This document shows positions 60,571 to 64,000 of a DNA stretch of 64,000 nucleotides, one piece after another (position 1 is the stretch's first letter; each line of letters opens with the position of its first letter). Below the pieces are notes generated by a model. The model worked only from the letters and a program-made list of their open reading frames with translations, searched no databases and was not told where the DNA came from. The translations under genes were made by a program, and so were the position numbers. Origin of the DNA: Stegostoma tigrinum (taxonomy: Eukaryota); assembly GCF_030684315.1 (NCBI RefSeq), contig NC_081374.1:17719265-17783264 (forward strand), in the 5' to 3' direction.

Positions 60571-63029
60571 GTAAGTGAAACCGTGCTTGAGCTTTGAAAG
60601 TACTTTTAAGTCTGTATCACTGTCTGAAGCCCAATAGCAGCTCTTGCTCAGTGCTATTGTTAGTTCAGCATAATGCCTCTAGAAATCAACTTTGGTTAAA
60701 GATGCAAGATTCTGATGAAAAACGTTAGTCTGACTCAGCTGTAAAGTTTGAGGACTTATTTGCCACCAGCCTAGAGTATCAAAATTTTCAGATGTAGAGA
60801 ATAACAAGCTCGGATAATCTCTCAAGTCGCTTCATTGCGCGGAAACAGTCATGAGGGCCGTGTTAAATTAGTTTGTTGGTTATTGTTACGACTGTTCCCT
60901 GAGTAGTTCAACTTCTCAATCATTTGTACTTGCAACAAAAGGATTGAATTTCTTTGTGGGATCCGTCATTCTCAGGTTTGACTGGGTTTTATTCCCTCTC
61001 TTTGCACCGCTATTTTGGTTTCATATCACTTTATTTTTTAAAATTACCCTTTTTTTAAAAGCAAAATCTTTAAACTGTATGGACCATCAGAAACAACACC
61101 TGTAGCCCATCTAATTATTTTCCCCTTGTCAATGCAGAAAGGTCTCCTCAATCCTGAGGTGAGGCCATGTGAGACAGGGACAGTGCACATCTTTGGGTAA
61201 TGGGGGACACTGGATCTGGCAAAATGCCTAGTTTTACAGCACTTGAGTTCGAGCCAGAATTGATTCAGATGTCAAGAGACAAAGAAAGTGCTCCTCCTGA
61301 CTGGAGTGCCATTTCTCCTCCTGCGTTCAAGCCAAATTCATTTCTGGTGGCCCAGACAAAATACCTAATGAGTGAAGGAATAGGAGATACAATGGGTATT
61401 AACTGAGAACTGACTTTTTATATTTTCTGGCATTTTTTTAACCACGCAAAAATTTGAGAAAAACAGCAACTAAGGACAGTACCAATGATTGACATTTGTA
61501 TGCGTTCTGCTTACTACCACAGATGATTATTTAAATATGTGGAAGAGAGGACTGTTTTTGGCACATCTGCAGTGCACTTTCACTTTTACCTTGCCCTAAT
61601 TTAGGCGTATAAAGAGATTCCTGCTCCTTTTAACTCTGCTTGACCGAGTGATCACCTATACTCTATCATGGTTTAAATGTGACAGAGATGGTGTGTGGCA
61701 TTAGGAACTTTGTCACTAGTTGTATTTGTTTGTTAATGCTGTGCAGACATTTGAGATCTTGCATTAGGCATAAAAAGGATTTGCTGACTTCAAGTCATTA
61801 ATGAAAAATATTTGAATCCATACACAACCCTTTAATCATTCTTTGTGACTAAACCATGATTTCTTAATATTTATTTTGAAATTACATTGAAGATTACTTT
61901 AAAACTAAATGATCAGGTATTGAACTTATTGCGTGGTATTTCTATGTAAGAGATGCAGTCTCCTGTTAAGCTATAGTCACTAATGGTTATGCCTGTTATA
62001 GTGAGGGTCAGAATTGAGTATTCCAGACACAACTTGAATATTAATTCTCTGGATTATTGTTTTGTCATCATTGAGCCTTTCAAATTGACATGATTTCAAC
62101 TGGAAGATGTCATCCTCAATTCTGTTCCCTGTCATGGAAGTTACTCCTTTAGATCAAGTCAATGAACATCTTGAAAGTTTCAATTGTGCTATAGCTTTCC
62201 ACTGCACAATTAGTGTGAGACAGTTAGCTTTTTAGAAGACAATACCTGTTAACTTGAAGGTTTGTCATCCCATCTACAATCTTTGCACAAAGGAACTCAG
62301 TAGTTAACCCTTTCTATCTTGTTGACTGTCTCACCTATCTCAAATTCTTGCTTTAACAGACTTAGGATATTATTCTTCACCCAAGACACCCAGAATAAAA
62401 GCTTAATGCAAAAGAAAATGCTACTCTGGGTGTGAATGCTATTTTTTTTGTTTTGAGAAGTGTGGGTGTAGGTATATTAGGTAGTGACTGACACGCCATG
62501 TTCACTGGGAGAAAATCTGGCCTAATGTGCAAAGCATAGGCAACAGGCTTTGATGGTGGTGTCTTGGGTTTCTAGATGCTGTCAGCTAACCTACAGTTCA
62601 AATCTATCTTCTGTGAGGAAAGCAGATAAATGGGGATCAGAGAGTGGAAGACCTTAAGCAGTCATCAATTGACTACCTAAGGGCCTTAATTGGTGTTGAA
62701 ATGGACTTTTTATCGAGACCTTGAGCAGTAGCATGGTGAGAAAAAGGGCTGTTGTGACACAGGGTTGTATTCCTTTGATTTGGCAAGGATACCTGGGTTC
62801 AAATCTCACCCACACTAGGAGTGTGTCAAAGCGTACCCAAGCAGGTTGGTTGAAAATATCTAGAGTGGTGAGAACAGGGCAAGCTTCACTTTAGGTCAAC
62901 TCTGCATTTCTCATTCTCATCACTTCTCTAACCACTCTCTGGAAAATCGTACCATTGATCTGTCTAAGCTCATTTTCCAGCACTAGAATTTTCTTGCCCA
63001 ATAGCAAACCCGAAAGCAGCAGTGCATAT

Positions 63030-63535
63030 AGATGAGGTGGATATGAAGGTGTATGGAATACTTTATTTCTTCAAGCTTTGAATAGAAGAACAAGGAGGTT
63101 ATGAATGATCTGTAAATAACATTATTTAGGTTACAGCTGGAGTATTGTGCACAGTTCCAGTTGCCACATGATAGGAAGGATGGGATCGCACTAGAGAGGT
63201 TGTGGAAGTATTTCAATGGGATGTTGCTTGGTCCAGAGTGATTCAGCTATGAATGGAGACTAGGTACACCGCAGTCATTTTCCTTAGAGCAAAGAAAAAC
63301 AAAGGAGGACATTATTACGGTTTATGAAGTTCGGAGGGACAAAAGGCAAGGTAGCTTGGGAGAAACTTCAGCCATTAGCAGAGGAGGTCACTAATCAGGG
63401 GCACAGTTCTAATGTAAATAGCAGGAAGTATTGACAAGATTTGAGGGGTAAAGAAGATCACCCAGAGGTTTGTGGACACCTGCACCCCATGCCTGAAAGA
63501 ATAGCAGCCTGTAGGAAGTATTTAGATGAGCACTT
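63030..63535 (+). mobile_element. CR1-like LINE 3' fragment
   Basis: cagctggagtattgtgcacagttc (QLEYCAQF), aggaaggatgggatcgcactagagagg (RKD.IALER). Confidence 0.65.
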
Positions 63536-63554
63536 TAAACAATGAGTCAAGACT

Positions 63555-63828
63555 CGGGTGGCTCAGTGGTTAATACTGCTGACTCACAGCACCAGGGACA
63601 TGGCTTTAATTCCAGCTTTAGGTGACTGTATAAACTCCACACAGACATTCTCCCCATGTCTGCGTGAGTTTCCTCCAGGTGCTCTGGTTTCCTCTTACAG
63701 CTTCAAAGACGTCCAGGTTAGGTGGATTGGCTGTGGGAAGTATGGGGCCATGAGGATGAATTGTAGGGTTGGTTCTGGGTGGGGTGGTTTTCAGATGTTC
63801 CTTTCCTGCAGGAATTCTATGATTCTAT
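63555..63828 (+). mobile_element. HE1-like V-SINE, diverged
   Basis: gtggctcagtggttaatactgctgactcacagcaccaggga...cattctccccatgtctgcgtgagtttcctcc; tail gaattctatgattctat. Confidence 0.75.
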
Positions 63829-64000
63829 TTTGGAAAATAAGATGAGAATAGCATGATGTTTATTGACTGGCATGTACACAATGGGATAAAAGCTCTCGCT
63901 CTTTGCTATAAACCTCTGTGAACCTGTAATATATGGTTATGGTGTGGGCATTCAATGTTTTGAACTATCTGAAGTTCAGTCTTGATCAGTCAATGGAGCT

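Noticed and set aside
225-63845. Remaining 60-160 aa ORFs in the track
   Set aside because: Chance ORFs or antisense/alternate frames of repeats; many start at non-ATG codons and have no domain motifs.

Overview
Repeat-rich, AT-leaning vertebrate genomic DNA, most likely intronic or intergenic sequence from a cartilaginous fish (shark). This is inferred from HE1-type V-SINEs, HER1/CR1-like LINEs and shark-type Penelope elements. No host protein-coding gene could be recognised; one candidate exon lies at 60438-60570. Every meaningful ORF is transposon-derived: GIY-YIG endonucleases of Penelope-like elements (PLEs), CR1, Tx1 and Rex1 LINE fragments, and a Harbinger Myb-like relic. The strongest signal is a recurring architecture in at least three unrelated PLE families: fold-back (inverted) insertions whose arms carry minimal hammerhead-ribozyme cores (CTGANGA..GAAA-palindrome). 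Only one arm has an extra ~33-40 nt tail, and the youngest copies have 12-14 bp target-site duplications (TSDs) that overlap the tail-less arm by 2 nt. Examples range from a ~275 bp non-coding hairpin (2651-2926) to a 2.45 kb palindrome with two open GIY-YIG frames and a template-jump spacer (3269-5721). Also present: a twin-primed Tx1 insertion, a candidate solo LTR, nested insertions and a perfect 3x59 bp tandem repeat. Family names come from recalled motifs, not database searches.
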